From positions 48,243 to 112,242 of IMG/VR virus record IMGVR_UViG_3300024513_000016: 64,000 nt of DNA; one strand, given 5' to 3'. Made by a program: the position numbers and the translations under genes. Shown in pieces: positions 21,036 through 30,008 of the stretch (the first letter of the stretch is position 1; every line of letters begins with the position of its first letter). Below the pieces are notes generated by a model, which was given only the letters and a program-made list of their open reading frames with translations, made no database searches and was not told the origin of the DNA. This stretch comes from a virus.

Positions 21036-21550
21036 TGATCTCAGAAGATATAACAAAAAGAACTGGTGGAAAATATCAAAGTGGAAATTGGTGGACCAAT
21101 GCACTTATGAATGAATTGAGTTCATATCAAAAAAAGAATATAAATGAGTTAGATACCTATTTTATATCACCGGGAGATCTAGTATTCTTCTTATATTCTG
21201 CACAATATCCACAAAAATATCAATTCTGGGATCAACATCCATTAGTCTATGTGATTGAAGTAAATCCAAGAAAAGGTTTATTTTTAGGATCAAATGTTCA
21301 CTACTTAAGTCCAGCATACAGAGGTGCTGTCACTAAATCTTATCTAAATAAAAAAGGAACTGTAAATGCACCCAGAAAAACATTAAAGAATTACCTTTTT
21401 GGTAATGTAGTTACTGATTTCTATAAAGTTCCCGAAGAAGATTGGGAGGGTGTTTCATTATTACCAACTGAAAGTTTTGTTGATAAAAAAGGACAAAAAG
21501 TTCCCAAATATAAAGTTTGGGATTATCCAGATTCACTTTCTTCCCCATAA
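21035..21550 (+). CDS. g2: DNA end protector gp2-like
   Basis: PGDLVFFLYSA...WDQHPLV...GSNVHYL...LLPTESF; synteny with g4. Confidence 0.75.
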   Translation: MISEDITKRTGGKYQSGNWWTNALMNELSSYQKKNINELDTYFISPGDLVFFLYSAQYPQKYQFWDQHPLVYVIEVNPRKGLFLGSNVHYLSPAYRGAVTKSYLNKKGTVNAPRKTLKNYLFGNVVTDFYKVPEEDWEGVSLLPTESFVDKKGQKVPKYKVWDYPDSLSSP

Positions 21551-23022
21551 TGGCATATCAATATCTAAATGACAATCGATATAGATGTGAAACATGTGGT
21601 CCACTTGGACTTCAACTTGCATTGCAATATGACCCCAAAACTGGAGACTATAGGTTAGTAGAAAAAAATCTATTGGGAACTGGGTCAGCAGTATTCTATC
21701 AGAATGGTGTATGGTACTCTGATGCAATAAGAGATCCAAAATTATTTGAGGATGGGGATCCAAATAAACCAACAGCATTATCTAGACAACTAAGTGAAAA
21801 TCTTAGAAAAGAAGTGTATTCTGCATATCAAGCTTATGGTGGACAAAATAAAGGAAATAAAGTAAACAACTCTGCATTACCACAAAATCAAAAAGCAGAT
21901 CCTGGAGTAACAAATGCATATCCTGGAACTTCACCTACAGTCCCAGGTCCACTTTCTGCTCCACCTGGACAAGGAAATTTATTAGATCCAGGATTGTCTA
22001 TAGATGTTACAGAATATTTTGGTGGTGATAATTTAAAAACTATAGTAAAAGATAAAGCAAATTTATTATATCCATTAGATATTTTAAAGACACAACAAGA
22101 TACACTTCAAATCACACAATTTACATATAAAGCACCAAGGGGTGAAACATTTTTAACTAATAAACCAATAGATACTTTAACTCAAGGAGTTCAAAGGAAT
22201 TCTGCGTTAAGAGATCTAATTGGTACTGTAGTATTACCAATACCAAATAATGCTATGGATAGTAATAACGTGAGTTGGGGTTCTGATCATATGAACAATC
22301 TTACTGCTGCAGTTACTGCTTCATATATTCAAAATCCAGGTGCAGCTTTAACTGGAACAATGGCAGCACAAATTCCACAACTTGCCGGATTACCAATTCC
22401 ACCTGCAGCACTAGCACAAATAGGTGCCATTATGGGTGCAGGTGGACTTCAAGCATTAAATAATCCTCAAGCAAAAACTGCATTATTATCATTATTATTA
22501 AACCAAGCAAACTTCCAAGTTTCTCCAGAGAGTATTCTTGCAAGAGGATTTGGTGTTATTCCAAACTCAAATCTTGAATTATTATTCAATAGTCCAACTA
22601 TAAGACAATTTTCGTTTGCTTATAGATTAAGTCCAAGAAGTGAAGAGGAATCTAGGAATGTTAGAAAAATTATTAGATTTTTCAAGCAAGGAATGGCACC
22701 TAGAAAAATAACATCTCAAGCAGGAGGAAACTCCCTTTTACTAGGAACTCCAAATGTATTTAAATTACAATATAAAACTGTTGGAGATCAAGAAATTGAA
22801 GGTATGAATAAATTTAAAATATGTGCTTTAGTAGGATACTCAGTAAATTATAGTCCAGATGGACAATGGGCAGCATATGATAAAGGACAACCAGTGTCTG
22901 TAACTATGAACATGCAGTTTGAAGAGTTGGAACCAATTTACAATACCGATTATCAAGAAAGTGGACCACTGATCACCAGTGGAGATCAATCAAAAGTAGG
23001 TCCAAACGACGTAGGATACTGA
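21550..23022 (+). CDS. g48: Baseplate tail tube cap gp48
   Basis: LPIP..AMDSNNVSW, NSNLELLFNSPTIRQFSFAYRLSPRS, FKICAL...VNYSPDG; start MAYQ overlaps g2 stop. Confidence 0.8.
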   Translation: MAYQYLNDNRYRCETCGPLGLQLALQYDPKTGDYRLVEKNLLGTGSAVFYQNGVWYSDAIRDPKLFEDGDPNKPTALSRQLSENLRKEVYSAYQAYGGQNKGNKVNNSALPQNQKADPGVTNAYPGTSPTVPGPLSAPPGQGNLLDPGLSIDVTEYFGGDNLKTIVKDKANLLYPLDILKTQQDTLQITQFTYKAPRGETFLTNKPIDTLTQGVQRNSALRDLIGTVVLPIPNNAMDSNNVSWGSDHMNNLTAAVTASYIQNPGAALTGTMAAQIPQLAGLPIPPAALAQIGAIMGAGGLQALNNPQAKTALLSLLLNQANFQVSPESILARGFGVIPNSNLELLFNSPTIRQFSFAYRLSPRSEEESRNVRKIIRFFKQGMAPRKITSQAGGNSLLLGTPNVFKLQYKTVGDQEIEGMNKFKICALVGYSVNYSPDGQWAAYDKGQPVSVTMNMQFEELEPIYNTDYQESGPLITSGDQSKVGPNDVGY

Positions 23023-23023
23023 T

Positions 23024-23860
23024 ATGGCATACTTTAACGAACTACCAAATTTACAATACGTTTCAAGATTTCCAAATCAATCTTCAAACGAAGATGTTAC
23101 TCTGACAAAAAATCTTTTTAAAAGAGCAAAACTTCGTGAAGATATTGCCAATGTAGCAACTGCTTTCGATTATTATCAAATAAAAGGAAATGAAAGAGCA
23201 GATCAAATAGCAGAAAGAGTTTATGGTGATTCCGAATTAGATTGGGTAATATTAATTACAAACAATATCACAAATGTTCAAGATCAATGGCCTTTAGATG
23301 ATGTAAGTTTCAGGAAACATCTTTTAGAAAAATATGGTTCTGAAGACAATTTATATAAAAGAAAGCATTATGAAACTATTGAAAGTCGTGATGAATATAA
23401 TCGTGTAGTAGTTCCTGGAGGACTAGTCGTAGATGATGATATTAGTCAAGAATTTAAAACTACGGAAGAAAAGACTACATATAATCTTACATCATTCCCA
23501 AACACTACTCAACCATTAACTGTAAGTATAAATTTAAATCAAAAGATAAAAGTTACAAGTAGAGGAAATAAAACTAGTGATGTAATTATTGATGATATTA
23601 ACATCACAACTTCAGTAATTTATGTAAGAGGTAAAGATAGAATTAGTAAAAGATCTGTAGTATTCCCAAATACTTTAAATGAATGGCCTAGAAGTTGGGG
23701 TGGTTCATTATCAATTAAACAAAGAAATGGAAATCAAATAAAAATTGATGTAGATGATATGATTGGAACTAAGGACATAAATATAGATACTCGATTATAT
23801 GAAATTGTAGGAGAAGAATCTCCTACAGGTGGCATCACACCAGCATTCAGATTTAAATAA
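23024..23860 (+). CDS. g53: Baseplate wedge gp53, N-terminal part with extra ~130-aa extension
   Basis: YFNELPNL...NLFKRAKLRED...ERADQIAERVYGDSELDWVILITNNI...WP...KYG...HYET. Confidence 0.85.
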   Translation: MAYFNELPNLQYVSRFPNQSSNEDVTLTKNLFKRAKLREDIANVATAFDYYQIKGNERADQIAERVYGDSELDWVILITNNITNVQDQWPLDDVSFRKHLLEKYGSEDNLYKRKHYETIESRDEYNRVVVPGGLVVDDDISQEFKTTEEKTTYNLTSFPNTTQPLTVSINLNQKIKVTSRGNKTSDVIIDDINITTSVIYVRGKDRISKRSVVFPNTLNEWPRSWGGSLSIKQRNGNQIKIDVDDMIGTKDINIDTRLYEIVGEESPTGGITPAFRFK

Positions 23861-23862
23861 AA

Positions 23863-24150
23863 ATGTCAACTCCATTACCAGGACTAACGATTAAAATTAC
23901 ATCTGAAACAGAATTAGAATATTTGAATACACAATATCAAATTATTCAAATTAGAAATCAAATTAAAGAAGTTACTAATTATGAATATGAATTAAGAGAA
24001 AGAGAAAATAAAAGACAAATTTTAATTTTAAAACCTGAATATCTATCAGTAATGCTAAGTGATATGAGAAACATTATGAAGTATGGTCCATCATCTCAAT
24101 ACATAGATGATAAAACTAAAAAAGTATATAATCCTAAATTAAAAAGTTAA
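23863..24150 (+). CDS. gp53 C-terminal part as a separate ORF
   Basis: VTNYEYE...NKRQILILKPEYL...IMKY..SSQY resembles the C-terminus of cyanophage gp53. Confidence 0.75.
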   Translation: MSTPLPGLTIKITSETELEYLNTQYQIIQIRNQIKEVTNYEYELRERENKRQILILKPEYLSVMLSDMRNIMKYGPSSQYIDDKTKKVYNPKLKS

Positions 24151-24178
24151 AAAAAGACCCCCAACTGGGGGTCTTTTA
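24149..24178. terminator. Bidirectional intrinsic terminator between convergent g53 and g32
   Basis: AAAAAAGACCCCC-AACT-GGGGGTCTTTT. Confidence 0.88.
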
Positions 24179-24184
24179 ATTTAA

Positions 24185-25114
24185 TCACATCTCAGCAAGT
24201 TTCGAGAAATAATCTAGTGCATTATCTTCATCCTCATCTTCATCATCTTCAATGACAGTTGGTTTAGAAGATTTTGTTGGTGAAGATTTTTTCTCCATGA
24301 GTTTTTCATACTCATCTTCAACTTCATCTTCAACCTCAGGATCAATTTGCTTACGATTATTAGAACTCTTAAGTCCAAGAACCAGGTCTAGACGATTCTT
24401 CAAGTCATCATAAGATTTAAATTTCTCGGGATCAACAAAATCATTCAAGTTGTAGAGTGTATCATAAACTTTCTTAAGTTCATCATCATCTCCATCAAGA
24501 AACTCCGAGGGTGTAGAAAATTCAGATTTATCATAGTTCCAATAACCATCAACCTTACAGATCTTCAGTTTAAAATCTGCACCTGACCAGAAATCAAATG
24601 GGTTGATTGCTTCTTCATCTTGAAACTTAGGACGAAGTGCGGCATCAATCTTTTCAAAGATTTTTTTACCGTACTTAAAGATTTTAACCTTACCTTCATT
24701 TTCAGGATTAGCAGGATCTTTAATGATATAAACGTTAGAGTAATAAGAAAGTTTCCTCTTACGATCCCTTACAATGTTCTGTTTTTCTTTGCTACCAGTA
24801 TTCCAGTCTTCCCTATTATGATCACAGACTGGACATTTACGACTAAGTGTAGTTGGACAATTATCAATTAACCATTGTCCACTAGGACCCTGGAAAGCAT
24901 GATTGAATACTTGCACATACTCATCATCCCAATCACCCCCAGCAGGCATAAAACGAATTACTGCATACCCTGTGCCACTCTTATCCATGGAAGGTTTCCA
25001 AAACCTTTCATCATCAGATCCCCCACCACCATCATTAAGCTTTTCAACTTGTTTAATGAGTTTCTCAGTAAGAGAACCCATTTTAGATTGCTTTTTAAGA
25101 TTAGCAAAGCTCAT
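24185..25114 (-). CDS. g32: Single-stranded DNA-binding protein gp32
   Basis: MSFANLKK...DERFWKP...GYAVIRF...NCPTT..CPVC...RKRKLSYYSN...acidic tail; start moved to MSFAN (GAGG RBS). Confidence 0.95.
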   Translation of the reverse strand: MSFANLKKQSKMGSLTEKLIKQVEKLNDGGGGSDDERFWKPSMDKSGTGYAVIRFMPAGGDWDDEYVQVFNHAFQGPSGQWLIDNCPTTLSRKCPVCDHNREDWNTGSKEKQNIVRDRKRKLSYYSNVYIIKDPANPENEGKVKIFKYGKKIFEKIDAALRPKFQDEEAINPFDFWSGADFKLKICKVDGYWNYDKSEFSTPSEFLDGDDDELKKVYDTLYNLNDFVDPEKFKSYDDLKNRLDLVLGLKSSNNRKQIDPEVEDEVEDEYEKLMEKKSSPTKSSKPTVIEDDEDEDEDNALDYFSKLAEM

Positions 25115-25190
25115 TGTTTTACCTCGTATTAAGTGTATTTGGCCTTTTTGACTTAGCTTGGATGCGGATTGTCTAGCCGCAATCATCATA

Positions 25191-25523
25191 TCACAGTTCC
25201 AATCCTTCTTCAAGTTTATTGATGGTCCCCTGAAGAAGCTCGAAAAATTCGTCCATCCCCTGTCCCTCTAGTAAACCAAACATTCGTGCAGATTGCAAGA
25301 TTTTATCTCGGGTCTCTTTAGCCTCGGGATCATCAGAAAGAGACATTCTAAAGAAAAGCAATTTTTGCTTCTCAAGAAAATCTTTCATCAATTGAAGATG
25401 TCCTCTCTTCTGTTCCTTTGCCATATAAGGAAGATATAAAACTTGCCGAACCAATTCCTTTTGCATTTCAGCAAGTTCATTAAGTGTTTCTCTCACTATT
25501 TCTGAACTAAAAAAATCACTCAC
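25191..25523 (-). CDS. Conserved cyanophage protein (DUF1825-like)
   Basis: FFSSEIVR...LEKQK...RMSLSDDPEA. Confidence 0.7.
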   Translation of the reverse strand: MSDFFSSEIVRETLNELAEMQKELVRQVLYLPYMAKEQKRGHLQLMKDFLEKQKLLFFRMSLSDDPEAKETRDKILQSARMFGLLEGQGMDEFFELLQGTINKLEEGLEL

Positions 25524-26109
25524 AAATGGTCTCCTTCAAAATCTTTGAATACTTCTTAATATCTATATTTAGAAATGGTTTATACTTTTTAATTTTCATT
25601 CCCAAAACATCCCAAACTGGATCGTCTAAAATCTTATCGTAGTTATCTACGTAATTTAAAATATAATCAAGTATTACTAAAGTTTCAATAGATAATGCAC
25701 CTTGCAAGTGTTTTTTAATTAAATCTGAATGGACTCCATTTTTACAAAGAAAAAATTCATTAAAATTTTCTTTGTGAATAAAAACTGAAGATTCAGTTTG
25801 AAATGCGTAAGACATACTTTGCATTCTTTTTTTCCATTGCAAATATACTTCTTCTCCGTTTCTTATTATTTCAGAAATGTATACTTGCTGCGGATTGTCA
25901 CAATTAACAAAATTGGATACAAAAAAATCTCTTATGTCTTGTTCTGATTTTTTTCTAGATAACCTTTCAAAAAAATACTTGTCTGTCCTTTTATTGAAAG
26001 ATTCTACAGAAGCTCTAGACTTACCACAATACTTAAAGTAATCATATGTATCTTTAGTAAAATGATTTTTTAATGCTAAAAATAATTTATAAACTTCAAA
26101 AGGTGTCAC
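25516..26109 (-). CDS. g59: Helicase loader gp59
   Basis: YKLFLALKNHFT...YDYFKYCGK...DPVW...IKKYKPFL. Confidence 0.88.
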   Translation of the reverse strand: MTPFEVYKLFLALKNHFTKDTYDYFKYCGKSRASVESFNKRTDKYFFERLSRKKSEQDIRDFFVSNFVNCDNPQQVYISEIIRNGEEVYLQWKKRMQSMSYAFQTESSVFIHKENFNEFFLCKNGVHSDLIKKHLQGALSIETLVILDYILNYVDNYDKILDDPVWDVLGMKIKKYKPFLNIDIKKYSKILKETICE

Positions 26110-26110
26110 A

Positions 26111-26371
26111 TCAAATTACCATTTTAGTTTTTGTAGTTTTTTTCAAGAAATTTAATTGAGTTGCATTGTGTCTAAGTTTTTCTTTTAATGGTTTAGAAAT
26201 TAATTTAGGAATTGTTTCTATCTCAATATTGTTTTGCTCGCAATAATTTATAATTCCTTCAATGTAATCGCAATTATTTTCATGGACATATTTTTCAATG
26301 TCCAGTGCAAACTTTTCAGGAGATAAAAATTTTGTTTTTATAATTTCATCTACAGTAGTTGTATTGATCAT
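26111..26371 (-). CDS. g33: Late transcription coactivator gp33
   Basis: YIEGIINYCEQNNIEIETIPKLISKPLKEKL...LNFLK. Confidence 0.9.
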   Translation of the reverse strand: MINTTTVDEIIKTKFLSPEKFALDIEKYVHENNCDYIEGIINYCEQNNIEIETIPKLISKPLKEKLRHNATQLNFLKKTTKTKMVI

Positions 26372-27039
26372 TTTGTATTTTCTTTTACGAAATGTTTGAT
26401 GTATCTTACCAGAAGTTTGATGTATTTTGCAAGGTCTCTCTCCTCATAAACTACAAGTTCTCCATTTTCACAAGCCATAATTATAACTAATTTTTTTGCT
26501 TGAATGCCTGTGAGTTCATAAAGCATACATGCATATGCAGTTGCTTGTACAAAATAGTTTTCAATCCACTCACGAGGTTTTGGTTTTTTAGAAGACTTGT
26601 AATCTATAATAGAAATTTCACCGTCGAATTCTGCTATTGTATCAGCAGTTCCTGCAATACCAAGATATTTACTATAAAGACCTATTTCAATTCCATAGAT
26701 CTTTCCAATTCTATCCAGAGCAGGTTTTATGATATTGAACAAATTAGTTGCAATTTCTGTGGTGTCTTTAGGCAAATCCTCATTTGAAATATAATGTTCA
26801 ACTAAGGTGTGCATATCAGTTCCACGAGTAGTTGCTGCTTTTGTAATGCGATCAGCTTCAGCATTTCCTACTCGTCTTCTCCAATTTTCAAAAATCAAAC
26901 GATTATAGAAACTAGTAACAGATGTAATAGAAACTAAACGAAGAAGATCATCTTCGTCTGGAACTTTATAATATCTAACTCCATCAATCATCTCCCTCTC
27001 TAATGGAAGGAGATCTAATTTAACATGTTCAAATTTCAC
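26368..27039 (-). CDS. PD-(D/E)xK exonuclease
   Basis: SITSV...RGTDMH...AGTADTIAEFDG..SIIDYKSS...Q..AY. Confidence 0.85.
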   Translation of the reverse strand: MKFEHVKLDLLPLEREMIDGVRYYKVPDEDDLLRLVSITSVTSFYNRLIFENWRRRVGNAEADRITKAATTRGTDMHTLVEHYISNEDLPKDTTEIATNLFNIIKPALDRIGKIYGIEIGLYSKYLGIAGTADTIAEFDGEISIIDYKSSKKPKPREWIENYFVQATAYACMLYELTGIQAKKLVIIMACENGELVVYEERDLAKYIKLLVRYIKHFVKENTK

Positions 27040-27797
27040 AATCCAAGTTCTCTTTTTGCTAAAATAAATTCTTTCACTAGACCGGAACGTACAATATCTT
27101 CTACTCCGAATTCAACAATATCCACTGATGGCATAATTTGCAAAACTCGAATAAAATCGTGGATTCCGTTCTTTTCGTTTGTTTTAATTAAATCACTTTG
27201 CTCAGCATCACCACTAAACATAATCTTACAGTTTTCACCAACTCTAGTAATTAGTGAAGACAATTCATGGAAATTACAGTTTTGCATCTCATCAATAATA
27301 AGAATGCAATTATCAAAAGTAGTTCCACGTAAGAATGATGTGCTCCAAAAACTGATAGTCTCTTGTGCTTTCAAATTTCCATAAAGCATTTCAAAATCTG
27401 CTTCAGATGGAAGTTGGAACATGTATTTTACCATATTCTTATATGGTATTTCAAACAATTCGGATTTATCTTCATGCGATCCTGGAAGAAATCCGATTTC
27501 ACGAGTTTGAACCAGAGATCTTATGATATAAATTTTATCATAAGATGAAACTTCATTTAAAACTTCTCTTAGTGCTTTGTAAAGAAGAACAAATGTTTTT
27601 CCACTACCAGGAACACCATGTGCAACTATATGTTTACCCTCATCGTAAGAAGAAAATAATCTTTTTTGATTATCAGTCAATGGTTCAATATCTAAAAGCA
27701 AATCCAAATTAATTGGTTTTTTTCTTTTCATTTGCTTTGCAGTCATACCAGATCCGATTCCAGTATAATCACCACTAGTTCTTTTTCTTCTTGCCAT
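27036..27797 (-). CDS. phoH: PhoH family ATPase
   Basis: GVPGSGKT, REIGFLPG, STSFLRGTT, DEMQN, GDAEQSDL, DIVRSGLV. Confidence 0.95.
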   Translation of the reverse strand: MARRKRTSGDYTGIGSGMTAKQMKRKKPINLDLLLDIEPLTDNQKRLFSSYDEGKHIVAHGVPGSGKTFVLLYKALREVLNEVSSYDKIYIIRSLVQTREIGFLPGSHEDKSELFEIPYKNMVKYMFQLPSEADFEMLYGNLKAQETISFWSTSFLRGTTFDNCILIIDEMQNCNFHELSSLITRVGENCKIMFSGDAEQSDLIKTNEKNGIHDFIRVLQIMPSVDIVEFGVEDIVRSGLVKEFILAKRELGL

Positions 27798-27804
27798 AAA
27801 ATTT

Positions 27805-28056
27805 TTATCCAATTGGTTTTACTTTTGATCCAGGAACCTGAGAAACTTTACTTAGAACATCATTCCATCCAGGTTTGGATTTAACTAATTTATCTTTCCA
27901 TTCTCCAACTTCACCTGGAGTTGCACATCCTTCAGACCAATCCCTCTTCCATTCAGGATTCTCTGAATACCATTGCATAATATCATTGACACTCATCTCA
28001 ATGACTTTTTTTTCACCTGTTTCTTTATGAATTATTGGATAAATTGCCAAATTCAT
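27805..28056 (-). CDS. Small conserved protein upstream of phoH (FmdB-like regulator position)
   Basis: YP..HKETGE...NPEW.RDW...GWNDVL.KV...PGS; start may be the TTG two codons in. Confidence 0.7.
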   Translation of the reverse strand: MNLAIYPIIHKETGEKKVIEMSVNDIMQWYSENPEWKRDWSEGCATPGEVGEWKDKLVKSKPGWNDVLSKVSQVPGSKVKPIG

Positions 28057-28079
28057 TCCTCCATAGTACGTAAGGATAT

Positions 28080-28238
28080 TTATTCAATGCAAATGGATGG
28101 TGCATCATCACATTCAACACAATTTATGCACTCATCCATATCTGGATTTTCTTTAAGAAATCCTTGAAATTCTTCTTTGGTCATAAGAATTTTAAAAACA
28201 TGACCAGTAAGAGTATCTTTAATACAATAAGATTTCAT
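28080..28238 (-). CDS. Small hypothetical protein, 52 aa (not in ORF track)
   Basis: MKSYCIKDTLTGHVFKILMTKEEFQGFLKENPDMDECINCVECDDAPSICIE; fills gap after thyX. Confidence 0.65.
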   Translation of the reverse strand: MKSYCIKDTLTGHVFKILMTKEEFQGFLKENPDMDECINCVECDDAPSICIE

Positions 28239-28263
28239 ATGATTTAATTCAAATAAACTTTAT

Positions 28264-29016
28264 TTATGGAGAAAGTCTTGCTTTATGAAGTCTCTTTTCT
28301 TCATAATAATCCCATACATTAGGTGCCCATCTTTTAAGAATAGGTGCAATTTGTTCAGTAAGTGCTTGAATCTCAAGTTGAGCATCTAGTTTTGCTCTAA
28401 GATCCATTAGGTGAAGAGCAGATCTGAGATTAAATGATACTACAAAATTTTGTCGGATTGCTTGTGCAAGATAATCACGAATGTGCTCTTCGCACATACC
28501 CTTTTCATACTTTACAGCATACCTTTTACAACCCTCTAAAATCCAATTAAGTTCATCATGATAATCTTCTTCTGTCCAATCATATTTTTTACCATAACGA
28601 TTTACATAAAACCCAGGAGGACGAACGTAAAAAACATCTTCAGTATTAAGTTCCCCACTTGCAACTTTTACAACTCTTTTTCCAGTATAACGTTGTGATT
28701 GAACATCAAAACTTACTCCCACTCTGTGAGTCCTTGCTTGCATCGCAACGTTATGGACATACCCAGAGACCGAAACGGTAATGCCAGGGTGCTCCAGAGG
28801 TCCCCAGTGACCCTTATCATTCGATAGGAGACGTTCTACAATCCATTTGCCACACCCAGATGAATTTGGAATGTCTTGAGTATGAATAGGTGTCTCAGAG
28901 TAATCACACTTTGCTGCCTGATAAATGACTTGTTCTGGAATTGGATAGCATTGTAGCATTACTACTTCCAAATTTTTATCAAGTTCAAGAAGATCTTTTG
29001 CTTTAATTGGTTTCAT
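28264..29016 (-). CDS. thyX: Flavin-dependent thymidylate synthase
   Basis: GHWGPLEH, QARTHR...SFDVQSQRY, NLRS..H..DLR....AQLEI. Confidence 0.92.
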   Translation of the reverse strand: MKPIKAKDLLELDKNLEVVMLQCYPIPEQVIYQAAKCDYSETPIHTQDIPNSSGCGKWIVERLLSNDKGHWGPLEHPGITVSVSGYVHNVAMQARTHRVGVSFDVQSQRYTGKRVVKVASGELNTEDVFYVRPPGFYVNRYGKKYDWTEEDYHDELNWILEGCKRYAVKYEKGMCEEHIRDYLAQAIRQNFVVSFNLRSALHLMDLRAKLDAQLEIQALTEQIAPILKRWAPNVWDYYEEKRLHKARLSP

Positions 29017-29174
29017 TTTGTTCCAAATCCTTTACTAGTTTTTTTCTTATTTTCTTTCAGAAGACTTTCAATATTAATCATTTCCTTTTTCATGTACGAA
29101 AGTTCTTCATCACTATAAAGATGATCTTGCTTCAATGCTTTTTTGATCATCTTCAATATTGCCTTTTCTCTCAT
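29013..29174 (-). CDS. Small hypothetical protein, 53 aa
   Basis: MREKAILKMIKKALKQDHLYSDEELSYMKK...SKGFGTK; ATGA overlap with thyX. Confidence 0.7.
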   Translation of the reverse strand: MREKAILKMIKKALKQDHLYSDEELSYMKKEMINIESLLKENKKKTSKGFGTK

Positions 29175-29180
29175 TTTTAA

Positions 29181-29333
29181 TTACTCATCGAAGATTTCAT
29201 CATAGTCCATAATAGAAGAATCTACAACATAATTATCTTTTACAGTTGTTTTATCTTCAATCATTTCAAGTTTTAATTGGTTAAGTAACAACTCCATATT
29301 TTTTATAATGAGTTTTATACGTTCTTTATCCAT
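29181..29333 (-). CDS. Small hypothetical protein, 50 aa
   Basis: MDKERIKLIIKNMELLLNQLKLE...DYDEIFDE. Confidence 0.7.
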   Translation of the reverse strand: MDKERIKLIIKNMELLLNQLKLEMIEDKTTVKDNYVVDSSIMDYDEIFDE

Positions 29334-29350
29334 AAATAAATGTTTTTTTA

Positions 29351-29389
29351 ATTTTACATAAAAAAAGGGGGGAAGTCAAGTCCCCCTTC
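29351..29389 (-). terminator. Intrinsic terminator overlapping a sigma70 promoter
   Basis: Minus strand GGGGGA-CTTGACT-TCCCCC then C and T-run; contains TTGACT-17-TAAAAT. Confidence 0.75.
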
Positions 29390-29392
29390 ATA

Positions 29393-29494
29393 TTATTTTG
29401 CTGCTAACAAAGTAGCAAGAGATGCTTGATGACGACGTTCTTCTTTTTGTTTTTGTTCTTTAATCAATTGAAGTACATTAATAGTTTTAATCAT
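29393..29494 (-). CDS. 33-aa basic peptide coupled to the DUF4278 gene
   Basis: MIKTINVLQLIKEQKQKEERRHQASLATLLAAK; ATGA overlap and GGAGG RBS. Confidence 0.65.
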   Translation of the reverse strand: MIKTINVLQLIKEQKQKEERRHQASLATLLAAK

Positions 29495-29628
29495 TTATGT
29501 CCCTCCTTTACAAACTTAACCCCACGATAGGTCTCGTTGTATTGTTGAGGTTGTTGCATCATTTGTTGTTGATACTCAAGACGTTTTTGGGTATCATACT
29601 CGACACCACGATAAACTACTTTAGACAT
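29491..29628 (-). CDS. DUF4278-family small protein, 45 aa
   Basis: MSKVVYRGVEYDT...ETYRGVKFVK with two YRGV motifs; AAGGAG RBS; downstream of aptamers. Confidence 0.85.
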   Translation of the reverse strand: MSKVVYRGVEYDTQKRLEYQQQMMQQPQQYNETYRGVKFVKEGHK

Positions 29629-29661
29629 TAGGGTTGCTCCTTTACTTTTTAAGGTTAGGTG

Positions 29662-29705
29662 GCGTTCCTTCCGTCGGCTTTTGCGTCCCTTAGTAGGATG
29701 AACGA
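29662..29705 (-). ncRNA. glnA-type glutamine riboswitch-like aptamer 2 (compact)
   Basis: UCGUUCAUCCU-ACUAA-GGGACGCAAAAGCCGACGGAAGGAACGC: P1 CGUUC/GAACG and short P2. Confidence 0.8.
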
Positions 29706-29747
29706 CCTACTCTTTTTCCACAATAGGTATAGAAAAACATAGGCATT

Positions 29748-30002
29748 CCGTTCCGAGTCGGCGTACTTCCGTCCTATTTAATTTTAGCACTTTTGAATAA
29801 AATCCTTTCGGAGTTCTAATAGCAATCGGTCTTCTGTTCTTTGATTAACTACATCGTCGTTTTTAACGATGTCCATTAGTTCCCACACAGTATCACAACT
29901 AAGTTTAACTGCATATTCAGTTGCAGTTAGTTGTGAAGTAGAAAAAGAAAGAAATGGAACCCATGCTAAAAGCAAAAGTGCTTTAGCCATAGGATGAACG
30001 AT
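29748..30002 (-). ncRNA. glnA-type glutamine riboswitch-like aptamer 1 with an ORF in the P2 loop
   Basis: 5' half AUCGUUCAUCCUAU (30002-29989); 3' half AUAGGACGGAAGUACGCCGACUCGGAACGG (29777-29748). Confidence 0.75.
29784..29990 (-). CDS. 68-aa protein with signal-peptide-like N-terminus and two Cys, nested in aptamer 1
   Basis: ORF track; hydrophobic N-terminus; SC-x26-ELRK-x5-C. Confidence 0.7.
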   Translation of the reverse strand: MAKALLLLAWVPFLSFSTSQLTATEYAVKLSCDTVWELMDIVKNDDVVNQRTEDRLLLELRKDFIQKC

Positions 30003-30008
30003 AATTGC

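Noticed and set aside
26368-27039. Cas4 / CRISPR adaptation gene
   Set aside because: Standard exonuclease between phoH and g33; no Fe-S cysteine cluster and no array
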